A stretch of 64,000 bases of DNA, taken from the NCBI GenBank assembly GCA_937907215.1, contig CALESG010000110.1:4635-68634 (forward strand), read 5' to 3'. This DNA is from an uncultured Ruminococcus sp. (GTDB lineage Bacteria > Bacillota > Clostridia > Oscillospirales > Ruminococcaceae). The position numbers and the translations under genes were made by a program. Shown in pieces: positions 29,757 through 40,674 of this stretch. The notes beneath the pieces are model-generated. The model had not been told where the DNA came from. It did no database searches and saw only the letters and a program-made list of their open reading frames with translations. Numbering within the stretch: position 1 is the first letter of the stretch; every line of letters begins with the position of its first letter.

Positions 29757-31286
29757 TTATTCAACTGTGATATCTGTAATAGCTTCAGAAACCTTGTTCA
29801 GGAACTCATCAACGCAAGCATCCTCAGAATCGATTGTGCCTTCGCAATAAGCCTTTACAGCATTCTGGAGTTCAGAGTTGATAGTAGCATCATACTGAGT
29901 AGCAATGCTCATATCGATGTTTGCAGCAGAGTCAGCCAGAACAGCGAGCTGATCCTGACCGCCGAGCAGTGGGTTGCTGTTTGTGCCAGCTGCAACTGTG
30001 TTAGCCATAACAACCTTGTTGTTTACGAAGTCGCCCTTAGCGTCAACATACTTCTGCATAGAAGTTGTATCAACTGTCATGTAGTAGATGAACTGACCAG
30101 CTTCTGTAGCGTTATCTGTCTTAGGAGATACACAAATCCATGTGCCGCCCCAGAACCAGCTTGTAGGACCAGCAACAACGTTGTACAGACCATATGTAGA
30201 ACCTTCTGCACCCTCTTCGCCTTCAGCCTGAGACAGCTGTGAACCAGCACCCAGAGACCATGTTGGGAAGAAGAAACCGAATGTCTTGTTAGCCTGTGTA
30301 CCAGCGCTCATACCCTGTGGAAGCCAGTCATCTGTCCACTGAGAAGCTGTGCTGATGTAACCAGCATCATAGTTTGTCTTAGCCATGTTGATGAAGTCAC
30401 CGAGACAAGCCTTAGAGTTGTCAGCTGTGATTACGCCGTCCTGAACCCAAGCAGATGTTCTGTTACCGTTAGAGTATGCTCTCCAAACGCCGTCAACAGA
30501 GTCAGCCATAGCTGTTGCGCCTTCAGACTTTTCAGATACTGTAGCAGCTGTTGCCCAGAATGCATCCCAGTCAGAAATAGCAGCCTGCATATCTTCAGGA
30601 GTTGTAATGCCGAGATATTCTTCAGCGAGGTCAGTTCTATAAGCATAACCACCAGCAGCAACCTGCCATGTAGCACCCTTAAGAACGCCATCGTTATCCT
30701 TACCCATTGCTACTGTGTAGTCATATGCATTTGCATACATATCTTCAGTAATACCTACAGCAGACAGTGGTGCAGAATATTCATTGTTGTTCTGGTAAGC
30801 CTTGTTCCAGTCAGCATCGCAGAAGAACAGGTCAACGTCATCGTCAGAAGCGAACACCTGAGCATACTTTTCGTTAGCTTCAGTACCGTTTGCACCTACG
30901 TTCTTGTAAACCATCTTAGATTTGTCCATGCCAGATGCTTCAGCAACTACATCGTACATATAAGAAAGGTCGTCTTCTGTCCAGCAGAGAATTGTCAGAG
31001 CGTCACCGCCATCACCGAGTGTGCCATCAGGTGTACCGAGAGCTGGTACTTCAGCCTCAGCAACGGACTCAGACTCAGATTCAGACTCTGATGCAGATTC
31101 ATCTTCGGACTCAGCCTCAGACTCAGATTCAGCTTCAGACTCAGATTCAGACTCAGATGCTTCAGTTGCAGCCTCAGTAGCGGATTCAGATGTGGAAGAT
31201 GATGTATCATCACCGCATCCAACAAATGCTGTAGCAGTCATAGCAAGAGCTGCTACGAGTGCCAATGTCTTCTTCAGATTGTTCAT
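29757..31286 (-). CDS. carbohydrate ABC transporter substrate-binding lipoprotein
   Basis: Lipobox FVGC; Ser/Glu-rich linker; WGGTW motif; upstream of the two permeases. Confidence 0.9.
   Translation of the reverse strand: MNNLKKTLALVAALAMTATAFVGCGDDTSSSTSESATEAATEASESESESEAESESEAESEDESASESESESESVAEAEVPALGTPDGTLGDGGDALTILCWTEDDLSYMYDVVAEASGMDKSKMVYKNVGANGTEANEKYAQVFASDDDVDLFFCDADWNKAYQNNNEYSAPLSAVGITEDMYANAYDYTVAMGKDNDGVLKGATWQVAAGGYAYRTDLAEEYLGITTPEDMQAAISDWDAFWATAATVSEKSEGATAMADSVDGVWRAYSNGNRTSAWVQDGVITADNSKACLGDFINMAKTNYDAGYISTASQWTDDWLPQGMSAGTQANKTFGFFFPTWSLGAGSQLSQAEGEEGAEGSTYGLYNVVAGPTSWFWGGTWICVSPKTDNATEAGQFIYYMTVDTTSMQKYVDAKGDFVNNKVVMANTVAAGTNSNPLLGGQDQLAVLADSAANIDMSIATQYDATINSELQNAVKAYCEGTIDSEDACVDEFLNKVSEAITDITVE
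31065..31160. repeat. degenerate hexanucleotide repeat encoding an (ES)n linker
   Basis: Repeated tcagac/tcagat units. Confidence 0.7.
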
Positions 31287-31584
31287 TGGAAATTTCCTCC
31301 TTAAATTATATATTATATTATTAGAATAATATAATTTGCTTTTTTGCTTGCAGAGCGTGAGAATTTCCCACTGCTGCGCAGCAATCCTTTGATAAGTTTA
31401 ATATACACTAATTCTTAAATAAAGTCAAGTAATATTCCATTCATTCATTTTTTTCAGCAAGTAGCACATATTTCAAAAGTTGAATTTGTGCTACTTGTAC
31501 AACTTACAGACAGATTCACTTGCAAAAGTTACAAAACGGTTAAATAATCATTGACCATTTTGCCGATTAAAACGGGTATAAGAC

Positions 31585-32355
31585 TTAGCAAACAAGATAC
31601 TCATCTATAGATCTATATAATTCTACAGTCATTCCTTCTACATAAAGCAGTTCAAGAATGTTCTTATAACCACCTATTTCATCACGCAAAGCAATGATTT
31701 TCCTTGCAAGTTCCATATCAACACCCGGTAAATATGCAAATTCTTCTGCTGACGCTGTATTAACATTAACTATAACAGGTATCCAATCCGTTTCCGGAGT
31801 GTTTTTATAATCAGTTTCCGGCGGATTTGTTTCTTCAGGAGAGTCATAATATTCCACATCAAGGTAAACAAGGTCATATATCTGCTGATAACGTATTTTT
31901 CCAATACCGTTTACTTCCAAAAGCTCTTCCCTGTTTCTAAATCCGCCATTTGCTTCTCTGTAAGCAATTATATTTTCAGCTGTGATCTCTCCTATTCCAG
32001 GAAGCTGGATAAGTTCCTCAAATGAAGCTGTATTTAAATTAAGCGGGAATTCAACATATTCCTTGCCAAATTCCATTTCATCTTCGTGTTCAAAATATTC
32101 AAACAAAGATGTTGTAATTTCTGTTTCAGCTTTTATTTCTGTATTTTCAAAATTCTCTTTCGTCTGCACTGCTGATTCATTACATGATACAGCTGCTTCT
32201 TCAATAAAATCTCCAGTAGTTCCAAAATAAACTATTGGCTGAATGGTTTTATTCATCAGCTCTTGTTCATCATCAGCAAGAATCATATAAATACTTATTG
32301 CAGTAAATACAATCATAATCAGAATTGCTGCAAATGTCTTGATCTCATTCATCAA
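31585..32355 (-). CDS. comEA: ComEA-like DNA-binding protein with two helix-hairpin-helix domains
   Basis: N-terminal TM; LNLNTASFEELIQLPGIG and VNVNTASAEEFAYLPGV. Confidence 0.8.
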   Translation of the reverse strand: MMNEIKTFAAILIMIVFTAISIYMILADDEQELMNKTIQPIVYFGTTGDFIEEAAVSCNESAVQTKENFENTEIKAETEITTSLFEYFEHEDEMEFGKEYVEFPLNLNTASFEELIQLPGIGEITAENIIAYREANGGFRNREELLEVNGIGKIRYQQIYDLVYLDVEYYDSPEETNPPETDYKNTPETDWIPVIVNVNTASAEEFAYLPGVDMELARKIIALRDEIGGYKNILELLYVEGMTVELYRSIDEYLVC

Positions 32356-32464
32356 GTAATGTCACACTTAAATGTCAATATCCAAATTTGTCGATATAAA
32401 AATTATAAAATAATGCAGCGATCAGCCAATGCTTAACCGCTGCATATATTTTAATCAATTATAA

Positions 32465-33424
32465 TTATTCAGCATCACTCTGCATTGCTTCAATTACATC
32501 TCGCAAAGCTTTTGTACTCTTCTGAAGAGCTGCTAAATCAGCATCATTAAGAGGAGGTGTGATCTCACGCTCTACACCTGCTGCACCAACTACACATGGC
32601 AGGCTGAGGCAAACATCCTTAACGCCTTCATAACGACTGCCATCCTGATATGTAGATACTGTAAGAGCTGTCTTTGTGTCACGCAGCACAGCTTCCGCAA
32701 TCATATTTACAGAAAGTGCAATTGCATAATATGTTGCACCCTTGCACTTGATAACTTCAGCACCTGCTTCCTTTACTTCCCGAACTATTTCATTCTTGTC
32801 GCCAAGATCCTTTACAGAACTGCAGTAGTCTTCAAAAGGCATACCGCAAACAGATGCCAGACTCCATGGTACCATTGAAGAATCACCGTGTTCACCGAAA
32901 ACATAAGCGTGTACATTCTTAGAACTTACATTAGCATGATCTGCAAGGCAAGCTCTAAGACGTGAGGAATCGAGAACTGTACCAGAACCCATAACCTGTG
33001 ATGGCTTCAAACCAGAAACCTTGAGTGCTTCATATGTAAGAACGTCAACAGGATTGCTTACAATAATATAGCAGGCATTTGGAGCATACTTTGTGATTTC
33101 AGGCATTACAGATGCTATGATCTTAGCATTTGTCTTGCAAAGATCAAGTCTGCTCTGACCCGGCTTTCTTGCTATACCTACAGTTACGATTACCAGATCT
33201 GAATTTACTGCATCAGAATAATCGCCATCTCTTACATCACAGCCGGGATAGAAAGAATTACCCTGCATAATATCCATTGCTTCACCCTTAGCCTTGGGCT
33301 TGTTAATATCTACAAGCACCATTTCAGAGCAAAGACCTTTTATTGCCATAGCAAATGCGATAGAGGCACCAACATTGCCGGCACCTAAAATAGTTACCTT
33401 CTTACCTTTTTTTATTTCGTTCAT
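32465..33424 (-). CDS. L-lactate/malate dehydrogenase family; specificity-loop Arg suggests malate dehydrogenase
   Basis: GAGNVG, GIARKPGQSRLDL, NPVD, LDSSR, GEHGDS. Confidence 0.85.
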   Translation of the reverse strand: MNEIKKGKKVTILGAGNVGASIAFAMAIKGLCSEMVLVDINKPKAKGEAMDIMQGNSFYPGCDVRDGDYSDAVNSDLVIVTVGIARKPGQSRLDLCKTNAKIIASVMPEITKYAPNACYIIVSNPVDVLTYEALKVSGLKPSQVMGSGTVLDSSRLRACLADHANVSSKNVHAYVFGEHGDSSMVPWSLASVCGMPFEDYCSSVKDLGDKNEIVREVKEAGAEVIKCKGATYYAIALSVNMIAEAVLRDTKTALTVSTYQDGSRYEGVKDVCLSLPCVVGAAGVEREITPPLNDADLAALQKSTKALRDVIEAMQSDAE

Positions 33425-33993
33425 TTTTTATTTTCCTCCTAGCATCTTTAGTATGATCAATATAATCATTTATAAAATTACCTTTATAATAATTACTTTT
33501 TAGCCCATGTCAATTAAGTTTACAATTAAATTTTCGACACAATGCATTGTACTTATTATACCATACCATTCCGCACTTTGCAAGAGTGTTTAATGTTACT
33601 CAAATTTTTTTGTTAATTTGCAACATATTACCACAAGGAAAATAGCTGTTTTATACAAACATTTTATACAAATAAATCTCCAAGCCTATTGCTGCTTTTT
33701 AATAAAGCTTTCTTTTTCTCACTTTAATATCACATTCCCATTTAAATTATGAGTTATTTAATATGTTTTGCATATTGTAAACCACAGTTTTAAAGTCATA
33801 TTTGTTGTGAATTGCTAAAGTTTTGGCAAAATTATGTGAAATGGGTTCACTTTGGAAAACAAGTGTGATATAATATATATCACGTAAGTTACAGAACAAT
33901 TACAAAAGGTTTCAAATCAGCAATGACATAAAAGAAAAAAACATAAAAGCAAGAAAACACTTTAATTTATTAAGCGAAAGGAACTTAAGTATA

Positions 33994-35901
33994 ATGAAAC
34001 TGAAAAAAAGCAAAATCATTTCAATCGTCACTGCTGCTGCGGTGCTTTTGACATCGGGTATAATTTTAAGTAAAGCAACTTCAAAAGCAAGTGCAAGTGA
34101 CGCTGTACTGCTTCAATATGACTCACAATGGGGAAGCTATCCTTATGGTGACGGCACTATCAGCGACAGTGGCTGCGGCGAATTTGCGATCATAAATGCT
34201 GTAAAATACCTTACAGGAAACACTATGGACATTTACACTGTAGCTGACTGGGCAAGTGCAAATGAATACATATGGGGTGTAGGTTCAAGTTTCAGCATTG
34301 CTCCTGATGCAGCTGCAAAATTCGGCAGTGAATATGGATTTCAGCTTGATTTGCACTATGGATTCAAAGGATATGTAGGAAGCTCTTATCCTGATTCCGA
34401 AGAAACATATGATGCAGCATGGGATGTGATTGTGTCAAAACTCTCACAAGGTGAAGTTGCTGTAGGTTTGGTTGACAATCACTTTATAGCATTAGTAGAT
34501 TATGACAGCAGCACTGACAGTGTACTTGTTTATGATCCAGGTGCCGGTTCTAAACGTCAGACAACATCCGCAGGCAACTGGAAAACTCATGACGAACTTA
34601 ATTACTGGTCTAATGCTGGAACGCAATATTTAAAGCTTAGAGCATACCTTACATTCTATTTTGCAACAGGAAGTTCCGGTTCATACGGAGCAGAAACACA
34701 AACAACTCCAGCATTCAGCGGCTCTGCCGATGCGGCTGGAACATATACTGTAAATACAGGCGGCGGTGAACTTAACCTGCGTGCTTATCCTAATGCATCA
34801 TCTGCTGTATTAAACTCTATTCCAAATGGTGCTGACGTGGAAGTAATAGAATCGGATGGAAGTTGGGCAAGCGTCACTTATAATGGTCTTAACGGATATT
34901 GCAGTGCAAAATATCTTGAACGCAAACTTGAAACCACAAGTTCTTCCGAATGCTCTGAAGCAACAACTACTGCTGCGACTACAGAAGAAATAATATCGAC
35001 AACAACAGAAACTGCCGCCGCACTTTCTGAAGAAAATGCCGGAGAATATATCGTATCAGCAGATGGTTCATACCTCAATATGCGTGAAGGAATGGGTACT
35101 GAATTTGATATTGTAGTGCAAATTCCTGATGAAACAAAAGTAACCGTAACAGCTGCAAATGATGAATGGGCTGCTGTAACATGGGACGGCAATACAGGTT
35201 ACTGCTCATACATATATCTTAAGAATGCAGAAAGCAGCACTGCTGATACATCTGAATATGCAGATGGAACATCTTATTCAGAAACTGAAACAGAAACTGT
35301 ATCAACCGAAACAGACAGCTCAAATAAAGATTCGATTGAATCTGATGAAAATAATAATATACAAAATATATATTCAAATATAGATTCTATAGCAGATGAA
35401 TCAGAAGAAAAGTCAGAGTCTTCTGAATCTAATGACGCAGGTGCTTATCGTGTAAAAACAGACGGACTGCTTTTAAATCTTCGTGCTGAATGTGATATGG
35501 ACGCAGAAATCTTGGAAAAGATCCCTGATAATAGTGAAGTCTTTGTAATAAATGCCGGAGATGAATGGTGTACTGTTTCATGGAAAGACACTGTTGGCTA
35601 TTGCAGAACAGAATATCTGGAAAAGGTTATAATCGCTGCTGATCAAAGTGCTGATGATATTGAGAATATAGATCCAGCTTACAGAACATTATACGGTGAT
35701 TCCGACAATGACGGTGAAGTTAAAATGTCTGATGTAATACTGCTTCACAAGGCTCTTACAGGCGCTATTTCTCTAAACAAAACAGCTGCTGCAAATTCAG
35801 ACTGCTACACCGATGGAAAACTTGATATAGTAGATGTAACAGTCATAATTCAGCATCTTATAAGAAATTGTGATATGCCGATAAATCCGGCTGAATTTTA
35901 A
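33994..35901 (+). CDS. secreted C39-like cysteine peptidase + 3 SH3b domains + dockerin
   Basis: Signal peptide; QYDSQW...SGCG...HFI...YDP; three LN(L/M)R...W..V..G.C repeats; GDSDNDGEVKMSD / DCYTDGKLDIVD dockerin. Confidence 0.8.
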   Translation: MKLKKSKIISIVTAAAVLLTSGIILSKATSKASASDAVLLQYDSQWGSYPYGDGTISDSGCGEFAIINAVKYLTGNTMDIYTVADWASANEYIWGVGSSFSIAPDAAAKFGSEYGFQLDLHYGFKGYVGSSYPDSEETYDAAWDVIVSKLSQGEVAVGLVDNHFIALVDYDSSTDSVLVYDPGAGSKRQTTSAGNWKTHDELNYWSNAGTQYLKLRAYLTFYFATGSSGSYGAETQTTPAFSGSADAAGTYTVNTGGGELNLRAYPNASSAVLNSIPNGADVEVIESDGSWASVTYNGLNGYCSAKYLERKLETTSSSECSEATTTAATTEEIISTTTETAAALSEENAGEYIVSADGSYLNMREGMGTEFDIVVQIPDETKVTVTAANDEWAAVTWDGNTGYCSYIYLKNAESSTADTSEYADGTSYSETETETVSTETDSSNKDSIESDENNNIQNIYSNIDSIADESEEKSESSESNDAGAYRVKTDGLLLNLRAECDMDAEILEKIPDNSEVFVINAGDEWCTVSWKDTVGYCRTEYLEKVIIAADQSADDIENIDPAYRTLYGDSDNDGEVKMSDVILLHKALTGAISLNKTAAANSDCYTDGKLDIVDVTVIIQHLIRNCDMPINPAEF

Positions 35902-35919
35902 CAAAATAAGTATAATTTT

Positions 35920-35961
35920 AAAAAAAGGCTGTTGCAGTTCAACTTCTGCAACAGCCTTTTT
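35920..35961. terminator. bidirectional terminator
   Basis: aaaaaaaggctgttgcag...ctgcaacagccttttt. Confidence 0.85.
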
Positions 35962-35968
35962 AATTGTC

Positions 35969-38692
35969 TTACTTGAGCTTGATCATTTCTTTCATAGCAC
36001 TTAAATCAAATATATTAAGTCTTCCGTCTTCACATACATCTCCTGCAAATGGTGCTGTAAGCTCTCCGTTATTCACGATATAGTTCTGCATCATGATAAT
36101 ATCAAGCATACTGAACACACCATCGGCATTCACATCGCCTATAACAGGCTTTTGTTCAGCAACTGTAGGTTCTAAAATAAACTTTTGTCCATTGCCACCC
36201 CAATAATTCCACTGACAAATATTTGCACCGTCATCAAGGCTGATCCCATAAACATCAGCACATGATTTACCTCCGGATGCAACACTTAAGAGCGTATATG
36301 TACCATCGCTGTTGCAATAAAGCTCAAATTTCTGCGAATCACTGCCGTTTAACTTTTCAAGATAAATATTAGCACCATCGTCAGCAGATCCGTTTTCCAC
36401 TGTAAGGGCAAGTCCGGATTCTGATTGAATGGTATATGTACCATCACTTTGTTTTGTAAATGTCCAATTCGCCTCAGCTCCTTGAACTGCATTGCCGCTG
36501 TTTTCAGAAATAAAGCGTCCACTGTTCAAGTTTCTTATGGCATATGTTCCATCACTTACCATAGGACAAACAGGTGTAAGCTTCCACATCTGACAAGCAC
36601 CGCCCCAGTAATTCCACTGTTTAATAACTCCTCCGTTTTCATCCGACCAGTCATATACATCAAGACCGGATTTTTCTCCTGAACACTTGGAAACGATTCC
36701 GCAGAATGCTCCATCTTGAACTATTTTAAAAAGCTGATTGTCAGAACCGGTATAAGTTTGAAGTTCTACATCAAAGCCATCAGAGGCATCATTGCCGGCA
36801 ACAGCAATACACTTTGATTCATCTTTCATAGACAAAAGCTTGCAATATGTATCATCAACAGCAACTATTCTCCATTCCTGATGACTTCCGCCGCCAAGTC
36901 CCCATTGCTGTATCTGTGTTCCGTCATCTGTCGTACCATCTTTCAGATCAATGACCTTGCCGCTAAATTTATTTGTTATATAATAAGGAATTCCGCTTAA
37001 AAATGATGTATCACTAAGCGTGGATTTACTTCCTATGCCCTGAACGGATTTTGAATTGTAAATCAACTTACTGTCATTATTTGCAGAATTTATCATATCA
37101 CTTGAAAAATTGTATGCATCCTTTTTGCTGCCCCAAATACAAGTATTATTTCCCGAAGCAGTAAAAGTCATTTTCTTAATCATATTTGCCGATTCATCAG
37201 ACTGTACAACAAAACTTCCCTTATATGTTACGCCATTATATATAAATGTCATTTCAGCAGAATCCTTTGACATAGTCCATTTTCCAACTATATCACCTGT
37301 TACCGTACCGTCAGCATTTAATGTAATATTCTGAGAATACTGAACTTCCGCATTATTGCCGCTTGTTACTTGGTCAGCAACAATTTTTTGATTAAGCTTA
37401 TGAAATATAAACTCATAATCGCCCGCAACAGCGTCCATAGTATGAGGTGCATTGGAAGCCTCTTCACCGGGAACGTATTCATAAGGTGTTGCAACCGGCC
37501 AGTTGTCCTCATTCATTATAAGCTGATGCACACGAACCTCATGGAAGCCATATGCATCGTCAAATTTATTGTGGTAAATTACAAAAAGCTTGCCGTCATC
37601 GTCCATAAGAACCGAATTATGTCCTTGTGCCTTATTTGGACGGTCATTACAGTTCCATTTATAATTGCTCATAAGACGCATGCCAATATTACCGCCAATA
37701 TTGTCACCGCCAGTTTTATAAATTGCGGAATTTCCATTCTGATCTAAATATGGTCCAGATGGATTTTCACTTCTAAAGATACGCATATTATATCCGCCAT
37801 CATTATTAAAGCATCCATAAGACACAAATAAATAATAATATCCCTTGCCTGTTTCAGGGTTTTCCATATATTCTATATAAGGACCTTCTCCGGAAACCCA
37901 GTGACCACCGGCAGCTTTAATTCCCATATATGCATCTGAAACATCAGCAACTGTATCATACTTGACATTATAGTCACGCAAGCCCGTATTTTCATCAAGC
38001 TCAAGCATAAAAAGCCCGCCAAACCATGAACCATATATCATCCAGAGATTTCCGTTCTCATCATAAAATACAGCAGGGTCAATTGCATTTGTACCATAAT
38101 TCGGATTCCATGAACCATTTCTGTCAAGATAACGTGAAAGGTCAGGGTTATTTCCCAAAACCTTTGGTACATCTGTTTTTGAATAATTAAATGTACTTGT
38201 ATTATCAAATCCAGAATACACGATCGTATCAACATATGTATAAGGCCCATCAATATTATCTGCTGTACACATTACAATTGATGATTTATAACTATCACCG
38301 TTTATACTTAGATACATACAATACTTACCGAGTATCTCATTATAAACAATATCCGGTGCCCAAAGGTTTCCTGACAAATCATAATTTTTATTGGATGGCG
38401 ATGACCATGCCGCAGGCACTGCAAGATCTGTATATATATCTTTGAAAAATGTAGTATTCTTAGTTCCTGCATTTGAATTTGCAGTAAATGTCCAGCTGCC
38501 AAGATCCTTTGAACGTGCGGCAGCCAAATGTGAGCCGGCAATATAATAACTGCCATCATCTAATTTTACAATTGACGGATCGTGTACGCCTACTCTTGCA
38601 TGATTTGCAGCAGAAACAGAACTGTTTGACAAAACACTGCTAAACATAATGGTGCTTGCCATCAGCAGCGATGCTGTTTTTTTAAATCTCAT
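35969..38692 (-). CDS. GH43 (arabinanase-like) + ricin/CBM13 modules + dockerin
   Basis: HDPS, WAPD, AIDP, GSWFGG, EGPY, GHNS; QxW ricin repeats; GDVNADG...GDVCEDG dockerin. Confidence 0.88.
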   Translation of the reverse strand: MRFKKTASLLMASTIMFSSVLSNSSVSAANHARVGVHDPSIVKLDDGSYYIAGSHLAAARSKDLGSWTFTANSNAGTKNTTFFKDIYTDLAVPAAWSSPSNKNYDLSGNLWAPDIVYNEILGKYCMYLSINGDSYKSSIVMCTADNIDGPYTYVDTIVYSGFDNTSTFNYSKTDVPKVLGNNPDLSRYLDRNGSWNPNYGTNAIDPAVFYDENGNLWMIYGSWFGGLFMLELDENTGLRDYNVKYDTVADVSDAYMGIKAAGGHWVSGEGPYIEYMENPETGKGYYYLFVSYGCFNNDGGYNMRIFRSENPSGPYLDQNGNSAIYKTGGDNIGGNIGMRLMSNYKWNCNDRPNKAQGHNSVLMDDDGKLFVIYHNKFDDAYGFHEVRVHQLIMNEDNWPVATPYEYVPGEEASNAPHTMDAVAGDYEFIFHKLNQKIVADQVTSGNNAEVQYSQNITLNADGTVTGDIVGKWTMSKDSAEMTFIYNGVTYKGSFVVQSDESANMIKKMTFTASGNNTCIWGSKKDAYNFSSDMINSANNDSKLIYNSKSVQGIGSKSTLSDTSFLSGIPYYITNKFSGKVIDLKDGTTDDGTQIQQWGLGGGSHQEWRIVAVDDTYCKLLSMKDESKCIAVAGNDASDGFDVELQTYTGSDNQLFKIVQDGAFCGIVSKCSGEKSGLDVYDWSDENGGVIKQWNYWGGACQMWKLTPVCPMVSDGTYAIRNLNSGRFISENSGNAVQGAEANWTFTKQSDGTYTIQSESGLALTVENGSADDGANIYLEKLNGSDSQKFELYCNSDGTYTLLSVASGGKSCADVYGISLDDGANICQWNYWGGNGQKFILEPTVAEQKPVIGDVNADGVFSMLDIIMMQNYIVNNGELTAPFAGDVCEDGRLNIFDLSAMKEMIKLK

Positions 38693-38887
38693 AAAATTTT
38701 GCCTCCTATTATTTTAAAAATAATAATTATTTATTATATATACATTATATACCCAGCAGCAGAAAAATAAAATGATTTTTCACATCAAAAATATTGCATA
38801 ATACATTATTTTTAAGGATGTTTTAAAAATAAAATTATAAAACAAAAAAGCCATGCGGCAAAAATAAACCGCATGACTTTACACTTT

Positions 38888-38963
38888 TGGAGCTTGTGAC
38901 GGGATTCGAACCTGCGACCTGCTCATTACGAATGAGCTGCACTACCAGCTGTGCTACACAAGC
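38888..38963 (-). tRNA. tRNA-Thr(CGT)
   Basis: GCTTGTGTAGCACAGCTGGTAGTGCAGCTCATTCGTAATGAGCAGGTCGCAGGTTCGAATCCCGTCACAAGCTCCA; 76-nt cloverleaf with encoded CCA. Confidence 0.95.
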
Positions 38964-39203
38964 TTATTTAATGTGTGTATTATACCATATAAATATAGCT
39001 TTGTCAATAGATATATAATTTTTAATCACAGCAGGTTTCAGACCTTAAATATTTCGGCGTTTTGACAGGATTTTGCGTAAATTCTTCGTTTCTATGGTTC
39101 TTTCTACAAAAAAACTTAGAAATTACCAATTTGTTATTGAATTCTATTTCATAGTGTGTTATAATAAGTATAACTAATTTTTAGTCTAAAGGAAGGTTTC
39201 ATT

Positions 39204-40574
39204 ATGAAAAAGAAGAACAAGGCTACCTCCATACTTGGAGTGATCGTTTCCATCATCTTAATTATTGTTGCCGCTGCAACACTGTTTACGACAGTTCTTT
39301 TTGCAAGAAAGGATACGCCTGAGCTTTTTGGGTACTATCTATATATGCAGAAAAGCTCTGCCATGGAAGTTTCTGACTTTGAAGATGATTCAGCATCCAT
39401 TCATGCAGAAACAGTTGTATTCTCAAAGGCATACAACGGAACTGATCCACTGTCAGTAAATAACGCTGTTTTATGTGTGCTTGGTCCTGATGATGCTTCT
39501 CCGATCGAGGACAAGGATTCAGACGGTTATGCGATCCGCAGAATACTTAGAATTGAACCAAATGAAGAAACCGGCGAGCTTATGTATTACCCTACAACAA
39601 TGCAGCAAGACAGCGTGGGAACTGAACCTGCTATTTCAGGCTCATCTATCATTGGTATATGTGAGTTTGAACATTCCGGTTTGTATTCATACATCAAATT
39701 TGTCCAGACTATCCCTGGAATCATACTGCTGCTTGCACTTCCATGTATACTTCTTATAGTTATGATAATAGTAAAATGCGTTCGTTCCAAAAGCCGCAGA
39801 CTTGAAGAAGATGAATATGCATTTGAAGAAAGCTATGACGAAGTTCCGGGCGAAGATGTATATGACGAAGATGAATATGACGATTATGATGATGAGTTTG
39901 ATGAAGCTATGGATAATGATAGCGATGATTTCGATGACAATTATGATCAGAATTACACTCCAGAACAGACAAAGCCACTCTATACTCCTGACATCACAAA
40001 CACAAGCACACTTGACCGCAAGCGTGTATCAATTGCACAAAACTTCACTCCAAAGGCTGTAAATCCAAATTCACCTTATCAGAAGGCTCGTACAATGCAG
40101 TTCAAAGCACAAAAGGATATACCGATTCTGAGCAATGCACCATATGAACAGCCGGTTCAGCCTCGTCAGGAAAACGAATATGTAGGCAAATATTCAACTA
40201 ATACACAAAATATACCGCCTATACATGAATCCCCTGTTACATTTGCTCATGATGATCAGCCGGCTCCAGCTCCAGTACAAACACCAACTTATCATGGTGC
40301 TCACGAAGCCGACGGCACATCAAGCGGCAAAGTATTCCGTAAAAACAGTTCAATTTCATCATTTAAGAAGCCTAATGTTGACGATATATTAAATAACGAC
40401 CCAATTGCAAGAACTACAGCTGAAGCACCAGCTCGTGAAGCTGCACCGGAAACACAAAGCTCCACTTCAAAAAAGAATTACTTCCAATCATCTAAAAACC
40501 GCAGCGAATCTGTCAACAATTCATCTATAGACGACTTGCTTGAAATGATTGAAAATCAAAAGAAAAGATCTTGA
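39204..40574 (+). CDS. membrane protein with a SipW-like N-terminal domain (catalytic residues apparently lost) and a long acidic tail
   Basis: TM-PELFGYYLYMQKSSAME...AIRRILRI...TM, then a D/E- and P/Q/S-rich tail. Confidence 0.6.
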   Translation: MKKKNKATSILGVIVSIILIIVAAATLFTTVLFARKDTPELFGYYLYMQKSSAMEVSDFEDDSASIHAETVVFSKAYNGTDPLSVNNAVLCVLGPDDASPIEDKDSDGYAIRRILRIEPNEETGELMYYPTTMQQDSVGTEPAISGSSIIGICEFEHSGLYSYIKFVQTIPGIILLLALPCILLIVMIIVKCVRSKSRRLEEDEYAFEESYDEVPGEDVYDEDEYDDYDDEFDEAMDNDSDDFDDNYDQNYTPEQTKPLYTPDITNTSTLDRKRVSIAQNFTPKAVNPNSPYQKARTMQFKAQKDIPILSNAPYEQPVQPRQENEYVGKYSTNTQNIPPIHESPVTFAHDDQPAPAPVQTPTYHGAHEADGTSSGKVFRKNSSISSFKKPNVDDILNNDPIARTTAEAPAREAAPETQSSTSKKNYFQSSKNRSESVNNSSIDDLLEMIENQKKRS

Positions 40575-40603
40575 TTTATTTAATGTAAAAACATAACCCA
40601 ACA

Positions 40604-40645
40604 ATAAACGTCCCTGATTCTGTATTTAATCAGGGACGTTTTTTT
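40604..40645. terminator. terminator
   Basis: aaacgtccctgatt...aatcagggacgttttttt. Confidence 0.85.
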
Positions 40646-40674
40646 ATTATTATTAATTTTTTTATTTTTGTTCT

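Noticed and set aside
31021..31329. ORF with Ser-Asp repeats resembling an Sdr adhesin
   Set aside because: It is the antisense reading of the (ES)n linker of the solute-binding protein
33600..33855. Rex-like boxes (ttgttaatttgcaaca; tgtgaaatgggttcac) upstream of the dehydrogenase
   Set aside because: Spacing and half-sites deviate from TTGTGAA-N4-TTCACAA; could arise by chance in AT-rich DNA
38888..38963. tRNA-Thr as an integration site; A-C mismatch in the T-stem
   Set aside because: No integrase or duplicated 3' end nearby; a single mismatch is not enough to call a pseudo-tRNA
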